Shown piece by piece: positions 19,989-28,583 of a stretch of 64,000 nucleotides of DNA (the stretch's first letter is position 1; every line of letters begins with the position of its first letter). This stretch comes from Dehalococcoidia bacterium (GTDB lineage Bacteria; Chloroflexota; Dehalococcoidia; Bin125), in assembly GCA_963663235.2 (NCBI GenBank), contig CAXXNO010000004.1, forward strand, positions 416,001 to 480,000, read 5' to 3'. The translations under genes were made by a program, and so were the position numbers. The notes below the pieces were generated by a model. That model had not been told where the DNA came from and did not search any database. It saw nothing but the letters and a program-made list of their open reading frames with translations.

Positions 19989-22880
19989 ATGACTACACGC
20001 GCGCTCAGCTGGAGAATTGGTGTCGCGCTCTTGAGCCTCGTGGCGCTGGGCGCCTCGATCGTCGTGACGGGCGCCAGCGGCGCGTTCTTCACGGATGGCG
20101 AGCCGAACGCCGCCAACACCTTCACCACCGACACGCTGCAGCCCGTCACGGGCCTGACTGCGGGCGCCAACGGGCAGACCGCCATCGACCTGAGCTGGAC
20201 GGCGAGCGCATCGGCCGACGCCGCCGGGTACAACGTCTACCGCAGCGCGACTTCGGGCAGCGGCTACGCGCTGGTGACCACCCTGGCCGGCGGAGCGACC
20301 ACGAGCTACGGCGACAGCGGCCTCACCGCCGCGACGACGTACTACTACGTCCTGGAGACCACCTTCCAGAACTGGGTCAGCGTCTACTCGGCCGAGGCCT
20401 CGGCGACGACCGGCGCGCTCCCGGCGCCCACGGTCGGCAGCGTCAGCCCGACCGGCGGCACCACGGCGGGCGGCACGGCGGTCACGATCACGGGCACGAA
20501 CTTCGTGGCCGGGGCCACGGTGAGCTTCGGCGGCGCGGCCGCCACCAACGTCAGCGTGGCCAGCGCCACCAGCATCACCGCCGACACGCCCGCCGACACG
20601 CCCGCCCACGCGGCCGGGACCGTGGACGTGGTGGTCACCAACCCCGACCTCCAGAGCGGCACCCTGGCGAGTGGCTACACCTACGCGGCGGCGCCCACGG
20701 TCGCCAGCGTCAGTCCGGCCAGCGGCCCCGCGGCGGGCGGCACGGCGGTCACGATCACGGGCACGAACTTCGTGGCCGGGGCCACGGTGAGCTTCGGCGG
20801 CGCGGCCGCCACCAACGTCAGCGTGGCCAGCGCCACCAGCATCACCGCCGACACGCCCGCCCACGCGGCCGGGCCCGTGGACGTGGTGGTCACCAACCCC
20901 GACCTCCAGAGCGGCACCCTGGCGAGTGGCTACACCTACCAGGAGCCGCCGCCGTCTAGGTTCCAGAGCGTCGCGACGGCGATCACCAGCAGCAACGCAC
21001 CGAGTCTCGCCATCGGCCTGCCCGCCGGCACGGTCGCCGGCAACTTCCTTGTGGCGGCCCTCTCAATCGACGGAGGTGTGACGATCACGCCGCCCGCGGG
21101 CTGGACCGAGATCCTTCAGACCAGCGACGGCGATCGTACGAACTTGGGCGTCTGGTACAGGGTCGCGACCGGCTCGGAGCCGTCCTCGTACACCTTCTCC
21201 TGGGGCGCGAACGAAAAGGCGACGGGCGCGATCCTGCGCTACAGCGGCGTAGACAACGCCAACCCGATCGACGGTTTCGGAGCCGCCTTCGGCAACAGCA
21301 TCAACCCGACCGCGCCGAGCGTGACCACGACGGTCGCCGACACGCTGGTGCTGCGCGTCGCCGCGATGGAGGGGGAAAAGCTGCCCACGCCGTCGAGCGG
21401 CGTGTATCCCGCGGGCACGGACGGCCGCTACGCCCATCAAACCAGCGGCTCCGGCTCGAGCACTGGCGCGGGCGCGGATCTGGCGCAGGCGTCGGCCGGA
21501 GCCACGGGGACGGCGGCGTTCACACTCAGCGGCGCGAAGGCGTGGGTGACGGCCACGATCGCGATCAGGCCGGGCTCCGGCGCGCCCCTCCCGGCCCCCA
21601 CGGTGAGCAGCGTCAGCCCGGCCACCGGCTCCACGGCGGGCGGCACGGCGGTCACGATCACGGGCGCGGACTTCGTGGCCGGGGCCACGGTGAGCTTCGG
21701 CGGCGTGGCCGCCACCAACGTCAGCGTGGCCAGCGCCACCAGCATCACCGCCGACACGCCCGCCCGCGCGGCCGGGGCCGTGGACGTGGTCGTCATCAAC
21801 CCCGACCTCCAGAGCGGCACCCTGGTGAGTGGCTACACCTACGCGGCGGCGCCCACGGTCGGCAGCGTCAGCCCGGCCAGCGGCCCGCCCGCGGGCGGCA
21901 CGGCGGTCACGATCACGGGCGCGAACTTCGTGGCTGGGGCCACGGTGACCTTCGGCGGCGTAGCCGCCACCAACGTCAGCGTGGCCAGCGCCACCAGCAT
22001 CACCGCCGACACGCCCGCCCACGCGGTCGGGGCCGTGGACGTGGTGGTCACCAACCCCGACCTCCAGAGCGGCACCCTGGCGAGTGGCTACGCCTACCAG
22101 GGGCCGCCCGTCAGCGTGGCGGCCAGCCCGGGCAGCGGCACGGCCGTCTCGCTGTCCTGGTCCGCCTCGACGAACATGTCCGTCGAGGGCTATAACATCC
22201 TCCGCAGCACCACCTCCGGCAGTGGATACACGACGGTGACCAGCGTCGCCGGCCGGTTGACGATCACCTATGCGGACACGCCGCCGGACGCCGAGACTAG
22301 TTACTACTACGTAGTGGAGCCGTACTACAGCGCCGGCACCGACCCCGTGTCCAACGAGGCCGCGCGCGCGGTCCTGGTGTCCACGGCGGACGGCTACATC
22401 AAGCTGGACAAGCCCGACGAGGTCCGCGGCGGCGAAAACGCCTTCTATGTCAGGAGCGAACCAAGCAAGGACAAGCGCTCCTTCGTGCAGTTCGACCTGA
22501 GCGGCATCCCTGCCTCGGCGACGGTCGATACCGCCACCCTGCGCCTGTTCATGAACGACGCGCCGGCTGCAGCGAGAATCTACGAGGCGCAGCGGGCCAG
22601 CGCGGCGTGGGCGGAGGGCACCCTCAACTGGAACACCCAGCCGGCGGTGTCAGGGGTGGCGGTGACGGCCGCAATCGGGACCATCAATAACACCTGGAAC
22701 GAATGGACCATCACGGTGGACCTACAGGCCTTCGTGGACGGGTCGGTCAGCAACAACGGCTGGCGGTTCAACGATCAGACGGCAGGGGCCAGTCCAACCC
22801 AGGAGGGCGAGCATCGGACCCGCGAGCACGGGACCGCGGCGGAGCGCCCTCACTTGGTGGTGTTCTATGCGACGCCCTAA
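19989..22880 (+). CDS. SipW-substrate multidomain adhesin: FN3 - 2x IPT/TIG - beta-rich domain - 2x IPT/TIG - FN3 - DNRLRE-like domain
   Basis: ASGA|FFTDGEPNAANTFTT SipW-type N-terminus; LSWTAS..GYNVYR FN3; four PTV.SVSP..G..AGGTAVTITG.NF modules; RSFVQFDLSGIP..ATLRL..W.EGTLNWN...RPHLVV. Confidence 0.8.
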   Translation: MTTRALSWRIGVALLSLVALGASIVVTGASGAFFTDGEPNAANTFTTDTLQPVTGLTAGANGQTAIDLSWTASASADAAGYNVYRSATSGSGYALVTTLAGGATTSYGDSGLTAATTYYYVLETTFQNWVSVYSAEASATTGALPAPTVGSVSPTGGTTAGGTAVTITGTNFVAGATVSFGGAAATNVSVASATSITADTPADTPAHAAGTVDVVVTNPDLQSGTLASGYTYAAAPTVASVSPASGPAAGGTAVTITGTNFVAGATVSFGGAAATNVSVASATSITADTPAHAAGPVDVVVTNPDLQSGTLASGYTYQEPPPSRFQSVATAITSSNAPSLAIGLPAGTVAGNFLVAALSIDGGVTITPPAGWTEILQTSDGDRTNLGVWYRVATGSEPSSYTFSWGANEKATGAILRYSGVDNANPIDGFGAAFGNSINPTAPSVTTTVADTLVLRVAAMEGEKLPTPSSGVYPAGTDGRYAHQTSGSGSSTGAGADLAQASAGATGTAAFTLSGAKAWVTATIAIRPGSGAPLPAPTVSSVSPATGSTAGGTAVTITGADFVAGATVSFGGVAATNVSVASATSITADTPARAAGAVDVVVINPDLQSGTLVSGYTYAAAPTVGSVSPASGPPAGGTAVTITGANFVAGATVTFGGVAATNVSVASATSITADTPAHAVGAVDVVVTNPDLQSGTLASGYAYQGPPVSVAASPGSGTAVSLSWSASTNMSVEGYNILRSTTSGSGYTTVTSVAGRLTITYADTPPDAETSYYYVVEPYYSAGTDPVSNEAARAVLVSTADGYIKLDKPDEVRGGENAFYVRSEPSKDKRSFVQFDLSGIPASATVDTATLRLFMNDAPAAARIYEAQRASAAWAEGTLNWNTQPAVSGVAVTAAIGTINNTWNEWTITVDLQAFVDGSVSNNGWRFNDQTAGASPTQEGEHRTREHGTAAERPHLVVFYATP
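20425..22100 (+). repeat. four near-identical ~250-bp IPT/TIG-encoding DNA repeats in two tandem pairs
   Basis: Recurring ggcggcacggcggtcacgatcacggg...aaccccgacctccagagcggcaccctgg; the first copy has an extra 12-bp ADTP duplication. Confidence 0.9.
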
Positions 22881-22897
22881 GCCTGTAGGGTGCCAAA

Positions 22898-23012
22898 ACC
22901 TGTGGGACCACAAAATGCGGATCGTCACGCGACCATCCGTTCGTAGCGATGATGGAGCCCCCCCGAGCATCGGAATCGCGACCACCTGTGGGACCACGAA
23001 ACTCGGATCGTC
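22898..23012 (+). repeat. 29-bp intergenic direct repeat, 2 copies 86 bp apart
   Basis: acctgtgggaccacaaaatgcggatcgtc (22898-22926) vs acctgtgggaccacgaaactcggatcgtc (22984-23012); 26/29 identical. Confidence 0.8.
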
Positions 23013-23092
23013 GACGATTGCCCGCTGATCTGAAGGCCAGGAGCCATCGGATGACGTTGCTTTCCGTCCGTTCGATGAGCTGGAGGTGGACC

Positions 23093-24620
23093 GTGCAGGA
23101 AAAGAAACGCAAGCGGAATGCAGCCTCGGTGGCAGGGCGGCGGGACTTGATTCGGGTGGGCTCGGCCACTGTTGCCCTCGCGTTGCTTGCGGCTGTTGGG
23201 CTGGCGCTCTTCGCCTTTAGCGCTAGCCAGGCCTACGCGACGGGCGGCCAGTGCGAAGACCTGACGAATAACGGCAACATCATCGCCAAAGTGACCTCGC
23301 CGACGGGCAGCGGCAGCCCGGACATCGAGGTCATCCGCGACGGCGTCTTTCCCCCGGTCGGCAGCGGCGACACGTTGGCTCAGTACGACACCTTCGACGG
23401 CGCCAACACGGCGACGGAAGATTGGATCGGCTACTCGCTCCAGTTCAGCTTCACCTGGGAGGAAGTCATCTTCCAGGAAGGGATACATTTCTGGGACGGC
23501 GGCTGGTTCGAATCGCTTACCGTCCAGGTCCGCCAGAGTGGGGACTGGAACACCGTAACGGGCCTCTTCATCTCGCCGTCCTACCCCTTCGTCAACAACG
23601 GCGTGTCGTACGAGACCTACACCCTGACATTCGACCCCATTCCCGGCGACGGCATCCGCATCTTCGGCGCGCCCGGTGGCAACGCGGCCTTCATCTCAGT
23701 GGGCGAGTTGAGAGTCTTCGGCGACTGCAACCCGCCGCCGCCGCCCCCCCGCCGCCGCCTCCGGTCTGTGACAACAACTTGACCGGTGGTGCACAGATCG
23801 TCGCCCGTGTGACCGCAGCGACGGGCGGCGGCTCCCCGAACATCGAGGTCATCCGCGACGGCATCTTCCCGCCGGTTGGCAGCGGCAGCTCGGCGACGCA
23901 GTACGACACGTTCGATGGCGTCAACGCGGCCTTCGAGGATTGGATCGGCTACACGTTCCCTGCCGCGCACCTCTGGGAAGCGGTCCTCTTCCAGGAAGGG
24001 CGGCACTTCTGGGACGATGGCTGGTTCGACAGCCTGACCGTGCAGGTCCGCCAGAGCGGGACCTGGGTGCCGGTGACTGGCCTGTCCATCGTCCCGGCCT
24101 ACCCCGGTTTCGATAACGGCCTCTCTTACGAGACCTTCGCGCTGTCGTTCGTTCCGATCAGCGGCGACGGCATCCGCATCTTCGGCGCCCCCGGCGGGTT
24201 TGCCGACTTCATCTCCGTCGGCGAGCTGAGCGTCTTCGGAGACTGCCAGCCGCCGCCGCCCCCCCCCCCCCCCCCCCCCCGGCCTCCTGCGAAGACGGGA
24301 AGATGGCCACCATCACGTTGCAGCTGACCGCCGCGCCGGCGGGGCCCGGCCCGTACACGGTCGTGGTCTTCACCGACAAGAACAACCCGCTCGGCACGTT
24401 CACCGTGTCCGTTGGTGACACCTTCACGGTCGGAACCCCCGGCCAGAAGTTCGAAAAGTCGAGCATCGAACTGACGTTCACCGGGCCGGCGAGCACCAGC
24501 GGGATGAAGGTGCACGTCTCGTGCTCCGACGACCCCGTCGCCGGTGTGACCACCCACTCGCAAGATGGCTTCACGACGCTGATCACGACCTTCACGACGG
24601 TGCCGAAGAAGAAGAAGTAG
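23093..24620 (+). CDS. secreted protein with two discoidin/CBM-like beta-sandwich repeats and polyproline linkers; split by two -1 frameshifts in C-runs
   Basis: GGAGG RBS before GTG at 23093; RRDLI plus hydrophobic signal peptide; duplicated IEVIRDG.FPPVGSG...QYDTFDG.N...EDWIGY...FQEG.HFWD.GWF...FISVGEL. Frames join at C7 23744-23750 and C22 24259-24280. Confidence 0.7.
24259..24280 (+). repeat. C22 homopolymer in a polyproline-coding tract
   Basis: Direct count; it coincides with the frame switch. Confidence 0.9.
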
Positions 24621-24700
24621 GGCAATATTGAGGGGATCCGTCTCGCCACGCGGGCAACCGTTGCGGTGAGACGGATTCGGCAGCGGTCCGGGCGCCGCCC

Positions 24701-24964
24701 CTACGGCCTGCCGGGCCGGGCTTGGGTAGTGCGATCCAGCCCGGCCTCGACCTTGGCGATGATGCGCTCGGCGTCGATCGGGGGGGCGCTCTCCCAGAAC
24801 CGCACCAGCGCCTCGACGGCTTCGGCCAGGGCCTCCAGCTCATCGAGCACGGTGTCTTCCGCGATCGCCACGTCCTCGGGCGCGGCGGTCACCCCGCCGG
24901 CCCCTCTGGCGGCCAGGCGCCGATCCAAACGGTCGGCCAGTTGCGCGTCTCGGTCCTCTGGCAC
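24701..24964 (-). CDS. small soluble protein homologous to the N-terminal repeats of the anti-sigma-like protein at 35320
   Basis: GGGAG RBS. LAEAVEALVRFWESAPPIDAERIIAKVEAGL aligns with LAATVLVLSAFWEQAPAIDQSAVRARVDGHL. Confidence 0.6.
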   Translation of the reverse strand: MPEDRDAQLADRLDRRLAARGAGGVTAAPEDVAIAEDTVLDELEALAEAVEALVRFWESAPPIDAERIIAKVEAGLDRTTQARPGRP

Positions 24965-25123
24965 TACAAGCTCCCGTCCCGGCGTCGACCATATGAGGGT
25001 AGGGAAGGGGCGTCGCTCCAGGCAAGGCGCACTCGGCCCAGGAGGAAAGGGTGCCCTCCTTCTGGGCGCGACCGGGGTGAAGCGGTCCAGCCCGCTCCCG
25101 GGGGCGGAAAAGACATCTCACGG

Positions 25124-25152
25124 CGTCACGTACCCCTAGCTCAGGAGTCAGT
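25124..25152 (+). promoter_or_regulatory. candidate ECF promoter of the flp/tad operon (CGTCAC-N17-GTCAGT)
   Basis: Shared motif and spacing; ~70 bp upstream of the flp start. Confidence 0.45.
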
Positions 25153-25220
25153 TAAGCATAAGGGACTCCGGCTCCGGCAGCCGAGCACGCCGGGCCGGCA
25201 AGCGAAATAGAGGAGAAACC

Positions 25221-25418
25221 ATGCGAAACGTGATGCTCAAGACTGCCAGCAAGCTGAACGATGCGCGCCGACGGCTGCACCGTGACGAAGAGGGCGCGGG
25301 CGTCCTGGAGTACGCCCTGGTGGCCGGGGTGGTTTCCGCCGCTCTGATCGCCGCACTCGCCACCTTCGCGGGGGACGTCGTGGACGCCGCGGGGGTCGCG
25401 GTCAACGCGCTGATCTAG
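25221..25418 (+). CDS. flp: Flp family type IVb/IVc pilin
   Basis: AGAGGAG RBS; DEEG|AGVLEYAL Flp motif followed by a hydrophobic helix. Confidence 0.9.
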   Translation: MRNVMLKTASKLNDARRRLHRDEEGAGVLEYALVAGVVSAALIAALATFAGDVVDAAGVAVNALI

Positions 25419-25458
25419 CCGCCGCATCCATCCCAGCGAGGGAGCAGTCACGCGCTGA

Positions 25459-25487
25459 GGGAGAGCCGGGCCAACTCCGGCTCTCCT
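25459..25487 (+). terminator. GC-rich hairpin after flp (partial terminator or mRNA-stabilising stem)
   Basis: ggagagccgg-gccaact-ccggctctcc 10-bp stem; no U-tract. Confidence 0.55.
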
Positions 25488-25517
25488 GGGCAGCGCGCGC
25501 TGAGGGCCCAACGTCCG

Positions 25518-25860
25518 ATGTTCCGGAAACTCTGGAAGCCGCAGGAAGGCGTCGCCGCCCTCGAGATGGCGCTGATCATGCCGGTGATCGCCATGATCAT
25601 CATCGACACGGGGCTGTTCTTCTTCGACTACGTCAGCGCCGCCAACGCCACCCGTGAGGGGGCGCGCTGCGGCGCCGTAGGGGGCGCGGACACGGTCATC
25701 GAGGACCGGGTGGCGGAAACCTACGGCTTTGCCGATCCCACGCTCGTCGTCACCGACCGCACGGGCGGGCAGATCGGTGACGACATCATCGTGACGACGA
25801 CGTTCGACCACGATGCGGATCGAGATGGACACGATTAATCCGGACCAATGCGGCACTTGA
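25518..25860 (+). pseudogene. tadE: TadE-like pseudopilin with apparent internal deletion or frameshift near 25810
   Basis: EG|VAALEMALIMP and ATREGAR motifs; the typical C-terminal MRIE appears in another frame (25813-25860). Confidence 0.7.
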
Positions 25861-25954
25861 CCCGGGCCAATGCGGCACTGATGCCGGCGGTGACGACGAT
25901 GACGACTAGGGCAACTCGCCAGGCCGCGCTGCGTAGCTCGCGACGCCGTCCACG

Positions 25955-27205
25955 ATGAGCAAGACGATTCGACGGCTCCGGGGCGAGACGGGCACAGTGG
26001 CCATCCTGTTTGCGGTGGGCATGACGAGCTTCATGGCGTTCCTGGCCATCGTGGTGGAGGTCGGGTTGATCCACGCGGAGAAGACGAACTTGCAGGCCGC
26101 CGCGGACGCCGCGGCCCTGGCCGGGGTCCAGTCGCTGCCCTGGAACCCGGCGCAGGCGGTGCTGGACGCGCAGGAGTGGGCGGCCAAGAACGTGGACGGC
26201 TTGACGTTCAACGACGCCGTGGTCGTCGACGGACAGCGCATCGAGGTGACGGTGCGGCGCAACGCCATCGGCGTCTTCAACGGCGCGCTGAGCCTGGGCA
26301 AGCCGGAGGTGGAGGCCACCGCGTCGGCGCTGGCCCTGAACACGGGCGTTCCCTACGCCATCTTCGGCATCGGCGATAAGTGCAGCGGCGGAACCCGCCC
26401 CGTCAAGATCGAGGGCTCGGGCGCCCTGGTCACCGGCACGGTCCACAGCAACGGCCGCATCAAGGTCAGCGGCGGATCGCACGAGGTCCAGGGCATAGTC
26501 ACGTACGTCTGCGACCCCCCGGGCATCAACGGGAGCGGCCACGATTTCCAAGGCGGGCTCGCGGAGATCGAGCCGAGGCCTACTCCCTTGGAGCCCCCCG
26601 ATCTGGCCCCATATTTCGCCTACCTCGCGAGCCCGGCGACCTGCACCTTCGAGCTCACGGGCTCGGACGAGCTCAAGAATTATCCGGAGTTTTGGGTGGA
26701 CGGCGATCCCGACTCCAACCAACTCCTCCCGGGCGTGTACTGCTCCGACGACGACATCGAGCTCAAGCAGTCAAACGTCTCGGGGACGGTCACCTTCATC
26801 GCCGACCAGAAGGTCAAGATCAGCGGCCACGACATCATCCTGACGGCCTTCGTCGGGGGCGTGCTCGTCTTTTCGGCCGACTACAAGGTCGAGTGGACCG
26901 GGAACAATGGGCAGTGGACCGGCGACATGCTGGCCGCCGACGGCGAGATCAAGGTGTCCGGCAGCGACCACAGCTGGACCGGTGATATGTATTCCGCCGA
27001 CGGCGAGATCAAGATTTCCGGCAGCGACGCCACCTGGACCGGCAATCTCTTCGCCCCAAACGACAAGGTGGAGGTGACGGGCGCGCGCGCGACCGCGACC
27101 GGGGTGCTGGTCGGCGATGAAGTGAAGCTCAACGGGAGCGACATCACGATCAACTACAACCCGGCCCACGAGGGCACCACAATCCTGTATCGCCTGGTCG
27201 CGTAA
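25955..27205 (+). CDS. tadG: TadG-like pilus-associated adhesin with C-terminal beta-solenoid repeats
   Basis: ETG|TVAILFA, LQAAADAAALAG and ATASA; ~20-aa repeats such as GEIKVSGSDHSWTGDMYSAD. Confidence 0.8.
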   Translation: MSKTIRRLRGETGTVAILFAVGMTSFMAFLAIVVEVGLIHAEKTNLQAAADAAALAGVQSLPWNPAQAVLDAQEWAAKNVDGLTFNDAVVVDGQRIEVTVRRNAIGVFNGALSLGKPEVEATASALALNTGVPYAIFGIGDKCSGGTRPVKIEGSGALVTGTVHSNGRIKVSGGSHEVQGIVTYVCDPPGINGSGHDFQGGLAEIEPRPTPLEPPDLAPYFAYLASPATCTFELTGSDELKNYPEFWVDGDPDSNQLLPGVYCSDDDIELKQSNVSGTVTFIADQKVKISGHDIILTAFVGGVLVFSADYKVEWTGNNGQWTGDMLAADGEIKVSGSDHSWTGDMYSADGEIKISGSDATWTGNLFAPNDKVEVTGARATATGVLVGDEVKLNGSDITINYNPAHEGTTILYRLVA

Positions 27206-27232
27206 CCAGCGCACTGAAGGAGCAGGGACATC

Positions 27233-28564
27233 ATGCTGCAAGGAGCAACTCGCCCGATGTCAAGCGGCGGCTCGATCCGCGGCTCGATCCGCGGCAAGTG
27301 GCTGCGGCTGCTGCTGGCACTGGGGCTGGGCGTGGTGGCCTTCGCGCTGGTGGTCGCCGCGCTGCGCAGCCAGGAAGGTTCGGGCGGCGTCGTAACCGCG
27401 CCGGCGGTGACCAGCATCTCCATCGTCACCGCCGCGCGTGACGTCCCGGCGGGCCAGCGGATCACGGCGGAGATGCTGGAGTTGACCGCCATGCCTCCGG
27501 ATCTGGCCCTTGCGGATGCGTTCAACCGCTCGGAGCTGGTGACCGGGCGCTTCGCTCGGATTCCTATCTACCGGGGTGAACAGTTGGTTGAGGCCAAGCT
27601 GGCGTCGGTTGGCGACGGCGCCAGCGGCCTCAGCTACACCGTGCCCGACGGGTATCGCGCCATGGCGGTGGAAGTGGACAAGGTTGTGGGTGCGGGCGGC
27701 CTGCTGCGGCCCGGCGATCGGGTGGACGTGGTGGCCGTATTGATCGTCGGCGACGACGGGAACCGCGCCTTGACGATCGCCCAGAACGTGGAAGTGTTGG
27801 CGGTGGAGCAGAAGTTGATCAACGTGGTCCCGGCCGCTGAGGGCGCTACCGCAGGCAGCGACGGCACGCTGGTGGACCAGCCCGATGCGCAACCCAAGGG
27901 ATCGGTCGCGACGCTGGCGCTGACGCCGGAGCAGGCGCAGCAGGTCCTCCTGGCCGAAGTGGAGGGCAGCATCCGCCTGTCCGTGCGGGCGCCCGGCGAC
28001 TCGGCCGAGGTGGCGCTGCCGAACGCGTCGTTCGTGGAGAGCGCGAACGCCGGCGCCGGTCCGAACGGCTCGGAGACGGCCGTTCCGCTCAGTCAGGTCG
28101 TCCCCGAAGGGATGCGGACGATGGCCGTCGGCGTCGACAGAGTGATCGCCGCGGGCGGTCTGCTGCGGCCCGGCGACCGGGTGGACGTGCTGGCTCTGCT
28201 GGAGCTGCAGCAGACGGACGCCTCCGGCACGCAGATCGTCGACGAGGCGCGCGTGGTCACCATCGCCCAGTACGTACAGGTGCTGGCCGTCGAGCAACGC
28301 TTGCTGGAGGACCCCACGGTCTCCGCGTCCGACGCGATCGTCGATCAGTCCGCCACGTTGCCCTCCGCGACGGCGGTCACCTTGGCAGTGACCCCGCTGC
28401 AAGCGCAGCAGATCCTGCTGGCGGAGGCGCGCGGCGTGATCCGGCTCTCCCTGCGGCCCACGGATGAGACAGAGATCCTCGATCTGAACTACAGGGCGCT
28501 CCTGGCCGTCACGGATCCGCGGTTCCAGGGTCTGGTTGAAGAGGCGTTCCGCGAGTTGGGCTAG
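27233..28564 (+). CDS. cpaB: CpaB/RcpC pilus assembly protein with duplicated RcpC domain
   Basis: TM helix, SAF domain (VTAARDVPAGQRIT), and two copies of VP.G.R.MAV.VD.V..AGGLLRPGDRVDV.A. Confidence 0.88.
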   Translation: MLQGATRPMSSGGSIRGSIRGKWLRLLLALGLGVVAFALVVAALRSQEGSGGVVTAPAVTSISIVTAARDVPAGQRITAEMLELTAMPPDLALADAFNRSELVTGRFARIPIYRGEQLVEAKLASVGDGASGLSYTVPDGYRAMAVEVDKVVGAGGLLRPGDRVDVVAVLIVGDDGNRALTIAQNVEVLAVEQKLINVVPAAEGATAGSDGTLVDQPDAQPKGSVATLALTPEQAQQVLLAEVEGSIRLSVRAPGDSAEVALPNASFVESANAGAGPNGSETAVPLSQVVPEGMRTMAVGVDRVIAAGGLLRPGDRVDVLALLELQQTDASGTQIVDEARVVTIAQYVQVLAVEQRLLEDPTVSASDAIVDQSATLPSATAVTLAVTPLQAQQILLAEARGVIRLSLRPTDETEILDLNYRALLAVTDPRFQGLVEEAFRELG

Positions 28565-28583
28565 GAGTAAGTGGAGACGCGAA

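Noticed and set aside
22881-23012. CRISPR mini-array or lux box
   Set aside because: Only two repeats, a 57-bp gap and no cas genes. ACCTGT resembles half a lux box but the palindromic half is missing.
25010-25200. c-di-GMP-I riboswitch upstream of flp
   Set aside because: A GGCAGCCGAG-like 3' fragment is present, but the conserved GGCAAAC...GAAA...GACGCAAAGC core was not found.
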